A DNA stretch of 64,000 nucleotides from an uncultured bacterium. Lineage in GTDB: Bacteria; Patescibacteriota; Minisyncoccia; Phycocordibacterales; PALSA-1337. The notes under the pieces were generated by a model. The model was given only the letters and a program-made list of their open reading frames with translations, was not told where the DNA came from and did not search any database. The DNA is taken from NCBI GenBank assembly GCA_903846945.1, contig CAINCE010000073.1, positions 13,626 through 77,625 on the forward strand. The letters are read 5' to 3'. Made by a program: the position numbers and the translations under genes. Below are positions 27,367-36,873 of the stretch, one piece after another (positions within the stretch are counted from its first letter, which is position 1; the number at the start of each line of letters is the position of its first letter).

Positions 27367-27922
27367 GCACACGCTTAGGAATCGTTTTATACGATCCCTC
27401 TTATCATGCCGATCTAGAAGTTTGTTACGCTATCGGTCAGCATGACGAAGAGGAATAACATCTAGTGGTATTGCAAAAAAGCAATATTATTCCACCAGTT
27501 TCCTATCATTCGCTATTTCATTTTCAAATTACTTCCTTGATCTTACCGTCACTCCCGATCTCTCTAAAAGATCGGCTTCTGGTTACAAGGACATTTCTGG
27601 GAGCAAATGTGGTTAGCATTCACTCACAGCAGATGTCATTGCGACACTGTGTAGATATCGGACTATAGTCATCACTACCCGTCGGGAGTGACCTTTCTCA
27701 TAGATCTGGTTCGTTTGCAGGGAACCGTCACTATGTAAGCGATATCTGGCAAACAAGATAACAAATGGCTGTTGTCCTTCTCACTCTCTCCTCTTTACCA
27801 TGCTTAGCGGGGTCAAACCCGAGGCCATGGTGCCTGCCCAACATAGGGACTAGAGGTGAAAAGCAATCATTCACTATCTTCATTACTGTAAGGAACTATC
27901 GTTTCCGAACTTCATCTCATCT
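27367..27922 (-). ncRNA. Candidate large structured ncRNA/leader
   Basis: No credible ORF; many hairpins and a multibranch domain closed by agatatcg/cgatatct; lies downstream of a strong promoter. Confidence 0.45.
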
Positions 27923-27928
27923 GGCATA

Positions 27929-27957
27929 ATCATAACATTTATTAACTAGAATGTCAA
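27929..27957 (-). promoter_or_regulatory. sigma70 promoter of the right array
   Basis: Reverse complement TTGACA-17-TATGAT with an extended -10 TG. Confidence 0.75.
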
Positions 27958-28073
27958 TACACAATGACACGGAACTGTGAGATGTCAGAATAGCCCGTGA
28001 CAAAGCCAGAATAATGGCTTATCCACACATTGTACTTGTCACAAATCCGTGACGATGATATGCTATATTCATC

Positions 28074-28853
28074 ATGTATGAACAAACACTTACAAATGCG
28101 GGGCTTTCAAAAGAGCAGGCATCCGTTTATCAGCTCCTCATGCAGGGAGGATTGACTCCTGCAGGCGTTATTAGCAAAAGGGCGGCCCTAAAGCGTGGTT
28201 TGACGTATAAAGTCCTAGAACAGCTCATAAATATGGGTTTAGTTCAGAAAAGGGACGATCTAGGCAAAATAACGCTATTTCAAGCATCTCATCCTGGCGT
28301 ATTGAGGAAACTTACTGAAACCAAGGCCGAGGAGGTAAAGAACGCCCAAGTATCATTGGAATCAGTGATGGGTAAGATGGTATCAGACTATAATTTGGTG
28401 ACGGGGAAGCCAAATGTGCAGTTTTTCGAAGGTTTGGAGGGGGTAAGGAGGGTATTGGATGATTCTCTGAGTGCTACTGGTGTGATCTATTCATATGCAG
28501 ATATTGAATCAATCGAGAAATATATACATGGGGTTAACGAAAAATACGTTGAAAAGCGTGATAAGTTCAATATCAAAAAGAAAGCAATAATACTAGATAC
28601 GCCATTTGCACGTGATTTTTTGAAAGATTACCATCGAGAAACTACTGATATCAAGCTTATCAAACATGATTCACCTCCATTTCATACAGTTATGCAGGTT
28701 TACGACAACAAGGTTAGTTATATTACGCTGTCTGAAAAGGAAATGATCGGTGTTATCATAGAAGACCCGCACATCTTTGAGATGCATAAATATCTGTTCG
28801 AATATTCTTGGGATAAGGCGGAATCATTGCCGAAACTAGATACTCCTAAATAA
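28074..28853 (+). CDS. TrmB-family transcriptional regulator (copy 2)
   Basis: GLSKEQASVYQLL..RGLTYKVLEQL..KRDDLGK..GKPNVQFFEG..VYDNKVSYI; paralog of 18578..19351. Confidence 0.87.
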   Translation: MYEQTLTNAGLSKEQASVYQLLMQGGLTPAGVISKRAALKRGLTYKVLEQLINMGLVQKRDDLGKITLFQASHPGVLRKLTETKAEEVKNAQVSLESVMGKMVSDYNLVTGKPNVQFFEGLEGVRRVLDDSLSATGVIYSYADIESIEKYIHGVNEKYVEKRDKFNIKKKAIILDTPFARDFLKDYHRETTDIKLIKHDSPPFHTVMQVYDNKVSYITLSEKEMIGVIIEDPHIFEMHKYLFEYSWDKAESLPKLDTPK

Positions 28854-31698
28854 TGATAGCGTGTCGGGTCTCTATCATTTGAGGGAGTTGAAAATCATTC
28901 CTGTATCGTTCCAGTTTCTCGCCCAATTTCTCTACAACCAATATAACCAGCTCTTCACTACCTGTTGTTTTCTCTCTGAACATTCTGGTTACCGCATAAC
29001 CTTCTCCAAAGGAAGCGAGGTTTAATGTATAAGACTTGTAATCTGACGCCGTGGTTGCGTATACCATCGCATCTTCTGGGTTGTCAGAAAGGCCCAGTGT
29101 CTCCCAGGAATTCATCACCATATGATCTAGTATGTATGATTCGTCCAGAGATTTTGTTACTAACTCATTGTTTATGGAGTCATTCCTCACAATATCCCAA
29201 CATGCTATCTCATCTAGGGGGTATTCGTTGTATGCGATAAATCCCTTCTCAATGTATTTTGCAGCTATCTTGGTGTTTCTGTCACATTCAGCTTTGACGA
29301 TATGCATGACAGCGTAATCATCTAGAGTTTCCTCTAGCATTTGTTCGCCAACTTTGCGACCATTAAAATCTGGATCGATATTAAATTTACCAAAATGAAC
29401 ACTTCCATCATCTTCGAATTCAAAGACACAATATCCTATCGGTTGCCCATCGAATTCGGCGACATGAAATATGGTCCTAGTATTCTTTCTCGAAACTTCT
29501 AGTCCGGCTAGCAACCTTTTCAGTAGCTTAGGTTTGTCTTGGTAGTTTTTCTTGTAAAGATTTCGGATTGCTTTCACAAATTCCGCGCTGTTGGTTTCGT
29601 TGTCTCCACCCTGGTATTGGATATTCTTGATAAATGGCATCTCGTTCATATTGGCGATATCGAATGAGCCGCGGCTAGCTTTAAGTATGGTTTGAACAAC
29701 TATTGCCTCAGGTTTGATATTTTCGATATATTCACGGATTGCTTCTGGAGTAGATACATTTTCAGATGCTATTTTACTAATGATAGTGTCGACTTGAGCT
29801 AGGATGAGTTTCTTTGCTTGAGGAATGACGGTTTTTTTGATAACAACATCATTTGGCTCCAAGATTTCTTCTTCCTCATATGTTTTAGATCTTTCATAGA
29901 TATCATCAAACTCATCATCTAGGCGTGATATATATGATGATATACTGGCCAATAACTCCAATATCTGATGAGAATCAATACCGTCAGGCAAGTTAGATAT
30001 TACATCGAGTGTCTTTGTGGCAACTACAGGATCAGTCTCATAGTAACGAAGAAATACTTTTAAGCCAGATTCACCATGAGTCTTTGCTAGATTTAGGAGT
30101 TTATCTTCGGATACCTGCTCCAATTCATTGAGTATGATGAGTAAGGCGCCTTGTTCCTTGAATGAGAAGTTGTTTAGTCGTATGTCACCTGAGAATATAT
30201 CGCTATCGGAAATATTGAAGTAGTGCTTTTTGAATTCTTCTAAATATCGTTCTCGTTGCCTCTTTTCATCTTCTGTCTCACCTGTATGTGGTCTGAAAAG
30301 AGTATTATATGTAAAATCGAGCACATCCGCCTTGATGTTTTTCTCTGTTTCAGAAAGATTTCCGACATCAAAATATTTCAATAATTCTAGATCTTGATTG
30401 AACACACCGATCTCTCCACTGGTAGATAATCTTTGAACGAAGTAGTCTGGGTTATTGAGTGCTCCTAGGTCGTACATCTTGTTCAGATACTCGACACCTT
30501 CAGTCGAAACTCCTATTCTCTTGAATTCGACTCTATATAATATAGCTGCTATAGCTGTTTTATCATTGTTATCGTTCACGTGCTCCATCAATTTCACTGA
30601 AGCATATTGTCCGTCAATAGCGCTTAGCGCGTCAGCTACTGAGTTTGCAAAGATAGGATTTAGATTCTTTGACCAGAAGTCAACTACGAGGTCGACATCG
30701 TCGTGGTCACCGCTCGTGCCGAGGTATCTATATTGGTCCAATACCGCCAGCATTATTCTATGGAAAGGGTATTCTTCTATATGCTCGAAACTGATATAAT
30801 CCTGCGTATCATTCATTTCATATTCAAAGACTGATTGAGCTGAATTGTATGCAGCACTTGGTTGATATGTTTTAAAGAGCATCGAGTGTGCTGCATTGAA
30901 GTAATCTGACTTTGATAATCTCCTTTTAGAGTTATCTTCTGATACGCTTTCTCTGGTGAAGCTTGAATTATTGGCTTCGAGAAAGACCAGTGACTCTTGC
31001 AAGTATGCGAGACATAGACTGAGTAACTTTTTCCGAGATTGAGTATCTAGTGTTCTGTATTCATCATTATCGAACAAGTCGCGTGTTTGCAGAATTTCGC
31101 TTAAGCCTACAGGATTCGAACTTGCCTTATCAATGGCATTCGATATATTATTTGACGCCATACCAAATGAAGCGATTTCATCAAGAAGGTTTGTGCCATT
31201 GGATAGTAAATGTTTTGGGGCTTCGATTCTTCTCTTGTTTATCTTTTGCCACGGATTGAGGGTAGTTTGATTTGATGAGTCTTTTGTGGATAAAAAAACT
31301 CTATGTGCGGCCATACTCCAAACTGAAAATTCCTCGGTAGTTTGCGGACCTATATTGCTGGAAATCAATACCCGAAAGGCTTCTAAGTCGTCAGGATATG
31401 TGTCAAAGTACAGATCCGCATCACTAGGACTTACAGAAATGTTGCGAGATGACAGACCAAAAAAAGCCATTCTTTTTCCCGGTGACATAGAGCCCAGGTT
31501 GTCGAGGTTATCGGGAGAGAAAAATGTCAGTGGATTGTTCCCATATTCTTTTTTCCATTCTGCATAAGTGGCAACGTTGTTATTCTCTCGTTCGAACTCA
31601 TCTATAGGATCGCATAATGACTCTTGGGAAAACTGAGTGGCATTGTTATTTGTAGTATTCTGTTCTTCGGTCACTGGTATTGATTCAAATTTCATCAT
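28846..31698 (-). CDS. Large hypothetical protein with a C-terminal GNAT-like domain
   Basis: ~950-aa ORF; IGYCVF..FNIDPDFNGRKVGEQML..YIEKGF. Confidence 0.65.
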   Translation of the reverse strand: MMKFESIPVTEEQNTTNNNATQFSQESLCDPIDEFERENNNVATYAEWKKEYGNNPLTFFSPDNLDNLGSMSPGKRMAFFGLSSRNISVSPSDADLYFDTYPDDLEAFRVLISSNIGPQTTEEFSVWSMAAHRVFLSTKDSSNQTTLNPWQKINKRRIEAPKHLLSNGTNLLDEIASFGMASNNISNAIDKASSNPVGLSEILQTRDLFDNDEYRTLDTQSRKKLLSLCLAYLQESLVFLEANNSSFTRESVSEDNSKRRLSKSDYFNAAHSMLFKTYQPSAAYNSAQSVFEYEMNDTQDYISFEHIEEYPFHRIMLAVLDQYRYLGTSGDHDDVDLVVDFWSKNLNPIFANSVADALSAIDGQYASVKLMEHVNDNNDKTAIAAILYRVEFKRIGVSTEGVEYLNKMYDLGALNNPDYFVQRLSTSGEIGVFNQDLELLKYFDVGNLSETEKNIKADVLDFTYNTLFRPHTGETEDEKRQRERYLEEFKKHYFNISDSDIFSGDIRLNNFSFKEQGALLIILNELEQVSEDKLLNLAKTHGESGLKVFLRYYETDPVVATKTLDVISNLPDGIDSHQILELLASISSYISRLDDEFDDIYERSKTYEEEEILEPNDVVIKKTVIPQAKKLILAQVDTIISKIASENVSTPEAIREYIENIKPEAIVVQTILKASRGSFDIANMNEMPFIKNIQYQGGDNETNSAEFVKAIRNLYKKNYQDKPKLLKRLLAGLEVSRKNTRTIFHVAEFDGQPIGYCVFEFEDDGSVHFGKFNIDPDFNGRKVGEQMLEETLDDYAVMHIVKAECDRNTKIAAKYIEKGFIAYNEYPLDEIACWDIVRNDSINNELVTKSLDESYILDHMVMNSWETLGLSDNPEDAMVYATTASDYKSYTLNLASFGEGYAVTRMFREKTTGSEELVILVVEKLGEKLERYRNDFQLPQMIETRHAIII

Positions 31699-31781
31699 AG
31701 TTATATAATAGCTATAAATATGAAAAATGACCACTAGGGTCATTTTTCATTGAGTGCACTATTGATTTTACTTTACAAATC

Positions 31782-33311
31782 CTACCTCGCGAACTCCATC
31801 GTCCTGGTCTCACGGATGACGATAACCTTGATCTCACCTGGATACTTGAGGTCTTTCTCTATCTTTATGGCGATATTACGGGCGAGCTCCTTGGCGGCGA
31901 CGTCATTGATCTCCTCCGGCTTGACGAAGACGCGTATCTCGCGACCGGCTTGGAGAGCGTATGACTTTTCGATACCTGGGAAGCTATTTGCAGTAGCTTC
32001 GAGGTCACCGAGGCGTTTTAGGTAGTTCTCTATGTTGTCGCGTCGTGCACCAGGTCTAGCGCCAGAGATGGCGTCAGCGGTCTGGACGATGCGGGACTCG
32101 ATAGTCTCGTAAGGATATTCTTCGTGGTGAGACTGCATAGCCTTCACTATCTCCTCCGAAGCACCGAACTTTTGCAGTATTCTGCGGCCAATATCGACAT
32201 GTGTACCTGCGACCTCGTGATCTAGAGCCTTACCTAGGTCATGGAGTAGGGCACCAGCTTTGGCGACCTGAACATTTGCACCGAGTTCTTCGGCGATCAT
32301 CCCTGCGATATGTGACATCTCTACTGAGTGTTGCAATACATTCTGACCATAACTAGTACGGAAATGTAGGCGACCGAGGATGAGTAATATCCTAGGATCT
32401 AGTCCGATGACTCCGCACTCATATGCGGCTGCTTCACCCTTTTCCTTGATAGTTTTGTTGATGTCCTGCTTGGCTTTCTCTACTACTTGCTCTATCTTTG
32501 CTGGCTGTATACGGCCATCTTTGATGAGTTCTAGCAATGCGAGTCTAGCAACATGACGGCGTACTGGATCGAATGATGAGATAGTGATCGCGCCAGGTGT
32601 GTCATCAACCATCACTTCAACGCCGGTGATGCGCTCAAATGCCTTGATATTGCGACCTTCTTTGCCGATGATCTTGCCCTTCACATCGTCACTAGGTATT
32701 TCGACTATCGTCGACATAACATCCTGAGCAACAGAAGATGCGAGACGCTGGATAGAGATGGCGAGGATATCTCGAGCTCTATTTTCGAGCATGTCTTCAC
32801 CTTTGGTCTCTAGCTTGTTCATGCGTATCAGTATGTCTTCCTCAGACTGCTTCTCGACAAGCTCGATGAGCTGGTCCTTGGCTTCTTCGGCTGACAATCT
32901 GGCGATCTTCTCGAGCTCGTGTTTGCGATCTTCTTCCATCTTGTCTGCTTTCTCACGAATAGCCTTTATCTCAGCCACGCGCGTCTTTATCATCTCGACT
33001 TCTTTGTCGATGTCTGACTGCCTACGATCGAGGATATCCTCGCGTTTTACGAGACGGTCCTCACTCTGATGTATCTTGTCTTCTTTCTCTTTTATCTCTT
33101 TCCTGGCTTCTTCGGCAACTTGGGAGGCTTTGGTTTCTGCTTCGGCGGTGATCTTCTTGGACTCTTCTTTGGCGGCGAGGAGCATCTCCTTGATCTCGAG
33201 CTCCATCGAACCTTTCTTTCCAAGCGATATGATCAACCTGAGATAGTAACCAATAGCGACACCAGCTACTCCGGCAAGAGCGAGGAATATGGCTGCTAAT
33301 TTTAGTGACAT
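31782..33311 (-). CDS. rny: Ribonuclease Y
   Basis: N-terminal TM, coiled coil, KH (KGKIIGKEGRNI), HD (LLHDLGK), YPGEIKV. Confidence 0.97.
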   Translation of the reverse strand: MSLKLAAIFLALAGVAGVAIGYYLRLIISLGKKGSMELEIKEMLLAAKEESKKITAEAETKASQVAEEARKEIKEKEDKIHQSEDRLVKREDILDRRQSDIDKEVEMIKTRVAEIKAIREKADKMEEDRKHELEKIARLSAEEAKDQLIELVEKQSEEDILIRMNKLETKGEDMLENRARDILAISIQRLASSVAQDVMSTIVEIPSDDVKGKIIGKEGRNIKAFERITGVEVMVDDTPGAITISSFDPVRRHVARLALLELIKDGRIQPAKIEQVVEKAKQDINKTIKEKGEAAAYECGVIGLDPRILLILGRLHFRTSYGQNVLQHSVEMSHIAGMIAEELGANVQVAKAGALLHDLGKALDHEVAGTHVDIGRRILQKFGASEEIVKAMQSHHEEYPYETIESRIVQTADAISGARPGARRDNIENYLKRLGDLEATANSFPGIEKSYALQAGREIRVFVKPEEINDVAAKELARNIAIKIEKDLKYPGEIKVIVIRETRTMEFAR

Positions 33312-33549
33312 ATGCGGGTTGGATCCGCCCGTTCAGAGACTATGGTGAAATAATAGGGTTATGAGTCTTTTTTGGTGTTTGTAACTGGTTCTGAATCATA
33401 AGTTTTCGTTCACAAAGCATTAGAAAGGGTGAATCAAAATTTAATTGGTAACATAGGCATCATACAACAGAAGTGATGGTTTGCGCAAGTTTTGCGCAAG
33501 GGAAGGTTAAGTCTAAGTAAGTTCAATGGCAGATTTCAAGATCGTAAAG

Positions 33550-33789
33550 CTAATTGTAAGTATTATCATCTCTCCGGACTATTTTATCCAATCTCGGGTG
33601 TCCATTTGTGTCGAAAAAGAAAAGAATACGAGTTTTACCAACTCGAGCACGATAATAGTTGTTATAACCCTTGAGTTTCTTGATGTCTAGGTTGTCTGTG
33701 TCTCCACCTTCGATCTTAGCCAATATTTCTAGAATAGAAGACCTCTCCTTTGGTAGAAGTTTGTCCAAGTACTTGTCGATCTTATTCAT
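33550..33789 (-). CDS. RelE/ParE-family toxin
   Basis: DIKKLKG..YYRARVGKTRILF. Confidence 0.8.
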   Translation of the reverse strand: MNKIDKYLDKLLPKERSSILEILAKIEGGDTDNLDIKKLKGYNNYYRARVGKTRILFFFDTNGHPRLDKIVRRDDNTYN

Positions 33790-34043
33790 TTTGACTTTTT
33801 TAGATGTTTAATCAACTCAGACATTAAAATCCCACCTTTTTTACTGTAGTTAGAGAAATCAGCTACAGTCTCCCAAGTCCCGTCGTCGCCCCACTCATCT
33901 ATCGGTTCTAGTTTGAATACGGGGCTGGATTTGCGTACTACGGTAAAAGAATGACCTTTATGTATCAGTTTTATGTATTTCTCGATATTTAGCCGTAAAT
34001 CTTTTAGACCTATGATGTTTGATTGTTTTGTTTGGGTAGTCAT
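33786..34043 (-). CDS. Phd/YefM-like antitoxin
   Basis: IIGLKDLRLN..G.SFTVVRKSSPVFKL; overlaps the toxin start. Confidence 0.75.
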   Translation of the reverse strand: MTTQTKQSNIIGLKDLRLNIEKYIKLIHKGHSFTVVRKSSPVFKLEPIDEWGDDGTWETVADFSNYSKKGGILMSELIKHLKKSK

Positions 34044-34098
34044 GTATGAAGTTTATCTTAAGGTAAACTTGGAGTCAAGGGTTTGTGCATAGCTAGTA

Positions 34099-34261
34099 AG
34101 AGCCCATCCACCATCTTCCCCCTGCCATATAAAGCCTTATTTTTGGCTACAAAACTGCGCTTCGTTCTCGCCATAATTCATTATGGCTCGAACTCCAGCT
34201 TGTTTTTCGCCTAAAAATAAAGCTTTCCTGGTAGGGTACCACGAGATGGTGGATGGGCTCT
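34099..34261. mobile_element. 163-bp MITE-like element, copy 1
   Basis: 18-bp terminal inverted repeats agagcccatccaccatct; near-identical copy at 50755-50917. Confidence 0.7.
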
Positions 34262-34307
34262 AAGAAAAATTGCTTTTCTATACAGCTATATTATACTTGT
34301 AACCCAT

Positions 34308-34856
34308 ATGAAAGAGCGATTTGCTACAAAATTTGCAGGTTTACCGAAATACGCAGTCGGATTTGCTGGGACTATGTTATTTAGACTCATATCTCCTTTC
34401 TTGGGAATGTGGAATGTTTCACCACTCATGGCTACGGAGATCGCTGGCTCGAAGGCATACGGACCTTGGGTTGGAGGATTGTATGGGGCACTCAGTATAG
34501 TGCTTCTCGATATCATCGTTGGAAGAGTTGGGACATGGACTATAGTTACGGGATTAACTTATGGGGCTGTCGGGATATGGAGTGCGTATTTCATGAAGGA
34601 CCGTTCTGCATCTGCTCGCAACTTTGTACTAGCGAGCATCGTCGGCACTCTATCTTTCGACCTTATCACTGGAGTCCTGATGGGACCGATATTCTACGGT
34701 CAACCTTGGATGTCGGCGATCATCGGTCAGGTACCATTTACATTGAGGCATCTAGTGGGGAACATAGCATTCGCTAGCATGCTCGCCCCTTGGTTCTATA
34801 GGAAGATCATGACAAACCCACGATGGGAGTTGTCTAGGGTGTTCAGGTTTGTATAG
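34308..34856 (+). CDS. ECF transporter S-component-like membrane protein
   Basis: 182 aa, multiple TM helices, NVSPLMA..G. Confidence 0.6.
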   Translation: MKERFATKFAGLPKYAVGFAGTMLFRLISPFLGMWNVSPLMATEIAGSKAYGPWVGGLYGALSIVLLDIIVGRVGTWTIVTGLTYGAVGIWSAYFMKDRSASARNFVLASIVGTLSFDLITGVLMGPIFYGQPWMSAIIGQVPFTLRHLVGNIAFASMLAPWFYRKIMTNPRWELSRVFRFV

Positions 34857-35133
34857 TTTAGATTGGGGCTGAGTATTTCTGTCGACCTAAATATCGTTGA
34901 GCAAATATTCTTTGTGTAAATGCCAGCGTTGGTATTACTCGGAAGTGCTTGCAATAAAGCACCACCTAATGTATATTGTGTCAATAAGAAACCAAAGGTG
35001 CCTGTGATATAGTAGAAATATAGAAATGGCCGCGATAAATATATTAATAGATTAATCTAACATTCTTGTGTCGTCATCATCTACCGATCGTGTAGGGAAA
35101 GATGGCGTAGTTCAGGAATGACAATACAAACCC

Positions 35134-35718
35134 ATGTTAATACCAACAGTCATAGAAAAATCATCATTCGGCGAACGAGCATACGACATATATTCGCGCC
35201 TACTTCGAGACAATATAATATTCCTCGGTGGTCCTATCGACGACCACATGGCGAACCTCATCATCGCTCAACTATTGTTCCTCCAATCCGAAGATCCAAA
35301 GAAAGAGATCCAGCTCTATGTAAATTCTCCTGGAGGATCAGTCACGGCAACTCTCGCTATCATCGACACGATGCAACATATCAAGAATGATATCTCGACA
35401 GTCTGTGTCGGTATCGCAGCATCAGGTGCAGCACTAGTTCTCTCGGCTGGAACGAAAGGGAAGCGCCTCGCGTTACCTAACTCTGAAGTGATGATCCATC
35501 AGCCTATAGGGGGTGCAGAAGGTCAGGCATCAGATATCGAGATCAGTGCAAAACATATTTTGAAAATGAGATCAGCTCTAAACAAGATGCTCGCCAAAAA
35601 TACTGGTCAGCTATTATCAAAGATCGAGAAAGATGTTGACCGCGACTTCTTCATGGATGCAGAAGAGGCGAAGAAGTACGGAGTGATCGATCAAGTGGTT
35701 ACAGGAAAGAAATTGTAA
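35134..35718 (+). CDS. clpP: ATP-dependent Clp protease proteolytic subunit
   Basis: [28 protein letters not shown]. Confidence 0.97.
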   Translation: MLIPTVIEKSSFGERAYDIYSRLLRDNIIFLGGPIDDHMANLIIAQLLFLQSEDPKKEIQLYVNSPGGSVTATLAIIDTMQHIKNDISTVCVGIAASGAALVLSAGTKGKRLALPNSEVMIHQPIGGAEGQASDIEISAKHILKMRSALNKMLAKNTGQLLSKIEKDVDRDFFMDAEEAKKYGVIDQVVTGKKL

Positions 35719-35785
35719 TAACCAATAACCAATAACCAAAAAGTCTCTGGTTATTGATGTTTGGTTATTGGAGCGATCTAATTAC

Positions 35786-36583
35786 ATGAGGTTACACAGA
35801 TTCCATATTCAAAGTCCGATCGAAGTTGGCAGAGAATTGACCATCAGTTCTCCCGAACTCATCAGTCAACTAACAAAAGTATTCCGAATGAGAGTTGGCG
35901 ACCATCTCATCGTCTTCAATGGAACAGGTTTTGACTATGAGTGCAAGATTGACAATATAAATAGAAGGAGTACTATAGTTAGCAATAGTGTTATCAGCTT
36001 AACGGTCCTCGATTCGCAACGCAATAATTTTTCACAAGTGCAGAAGCTTTTTTTGGGCGCAGCAGTTATCAAGAAAGATCACTTCGAATGGATCGTAGAG
36101 AAGGCGACAGAGCTCGGAGTTACAGATATCGTTCCCATAGCTGCAGAGAGGAGTGAGAAGAAAGCTTTGAACGAAGAACGCTTGAGGAAGATCGCGGTCG
36201 AAGCGAGTGAACAGTCTGGGCGCGACACTACTCCCATGGTGTGGCCGATCATGGAATCGGAGAGTGCTGTCTCATTGTTAAAAAAAGAAAATCCTGGAGT
36301 AAAGATATTTGTGTTTCATACTTGTATAGGTCAGACCTCTACAGAGGGTGAAAGTCGCAGCGGTGAGGCGGGTAGTGACATTCGTATGTTTAGGTCAAAC
36401 CTCGACACCTTGCATAGGTCAGACCTATGCACAGCTGTTTTCATAGGACCAGAAGGTGGTTGGTCTCCAGCTGAGATAGGGATGTTTCACAGAGAGGGGG
36501 CGGAGGTAGTCTGCCTCGGTCCTCAGGTATTGCGCGCTGAAACGGCCGTAGTTGCTGCCCTATCGGTGGTAGTATTCGGGTAA
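35786..36583 (+). CDS. rsmE: 16S rRNA m3U1498 methyltransferase
   Basis: EKATELGV, EASEQSGR, IGPEGG, LRAETA. Confidence 0.93.
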   Translation: MRLHRFHIQSPIEVGRELTISSPELISQLTKVFRMRVGDHLIVFNGTGFDYECKIDNINRRSTIVSNSVISLTVLDSQRNNFSQVQKLFLGAAVIKKDHFEWIVEKATELGVTDIVPIAAERSEKKALNEERLRKIAVEASEQSGRDTTPMVWPIMESESAVSLLKKENPGVKIFVFHTCIGQTSTEGESRSGEAGSDIRMFRSNLDTLHRSDLCTAVFIGPEGGWSPAEIGMFHREGAEVVCLGPQVLRAETAVVAALSVVVFG

Positions 36584-36650
36584 TCAGACGTTTCATCTGC
36601 GATAGATTTCACACAGAAAATACTAATCATTACAGCGCTAAATTGCGCTA

Positions 36651-36679
36651 TTGACACATATGTCGTTTGGGTGTATAAT
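36651..36679 (+). promoter_or_regulatory. Consensus sigma70 promoter upstream of the DGR target
   Basis: TTGACA-17-TATAAT. Confidence 0.8.
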
Positions 36680-36873
36680 ACAGGCAGTATTTAGGTCCTT
36701 GAAATGTAAGGAATCAGATGCGAAATTGAGGCCATAAATATTATTAGTTGAGATAATACTAAATATGTTAGTCGCTTCAACTTCGCGTCTGATTACACAC
36801 TGATAAGCTCTCTGGTTTTCCACGCGGTGGAGACGAAGAGATGACACAGTCACTATGATGATGCGAGTATGTT

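Noticed and set aside
27367-27922. RNase P, tmRNA or group I/II intron
   Set aside because: No GAGGAAAGUCC or P4 signature, no tRNA-like ends with a T-loop, no recognisable intron domain V or P7
18578-28853. Prophage or integrative element
   Set aside because: No integrase, terminase, capsid, relaxase or flanking att repeat was found; the Xer gene at 9820 sits in housekeeping context
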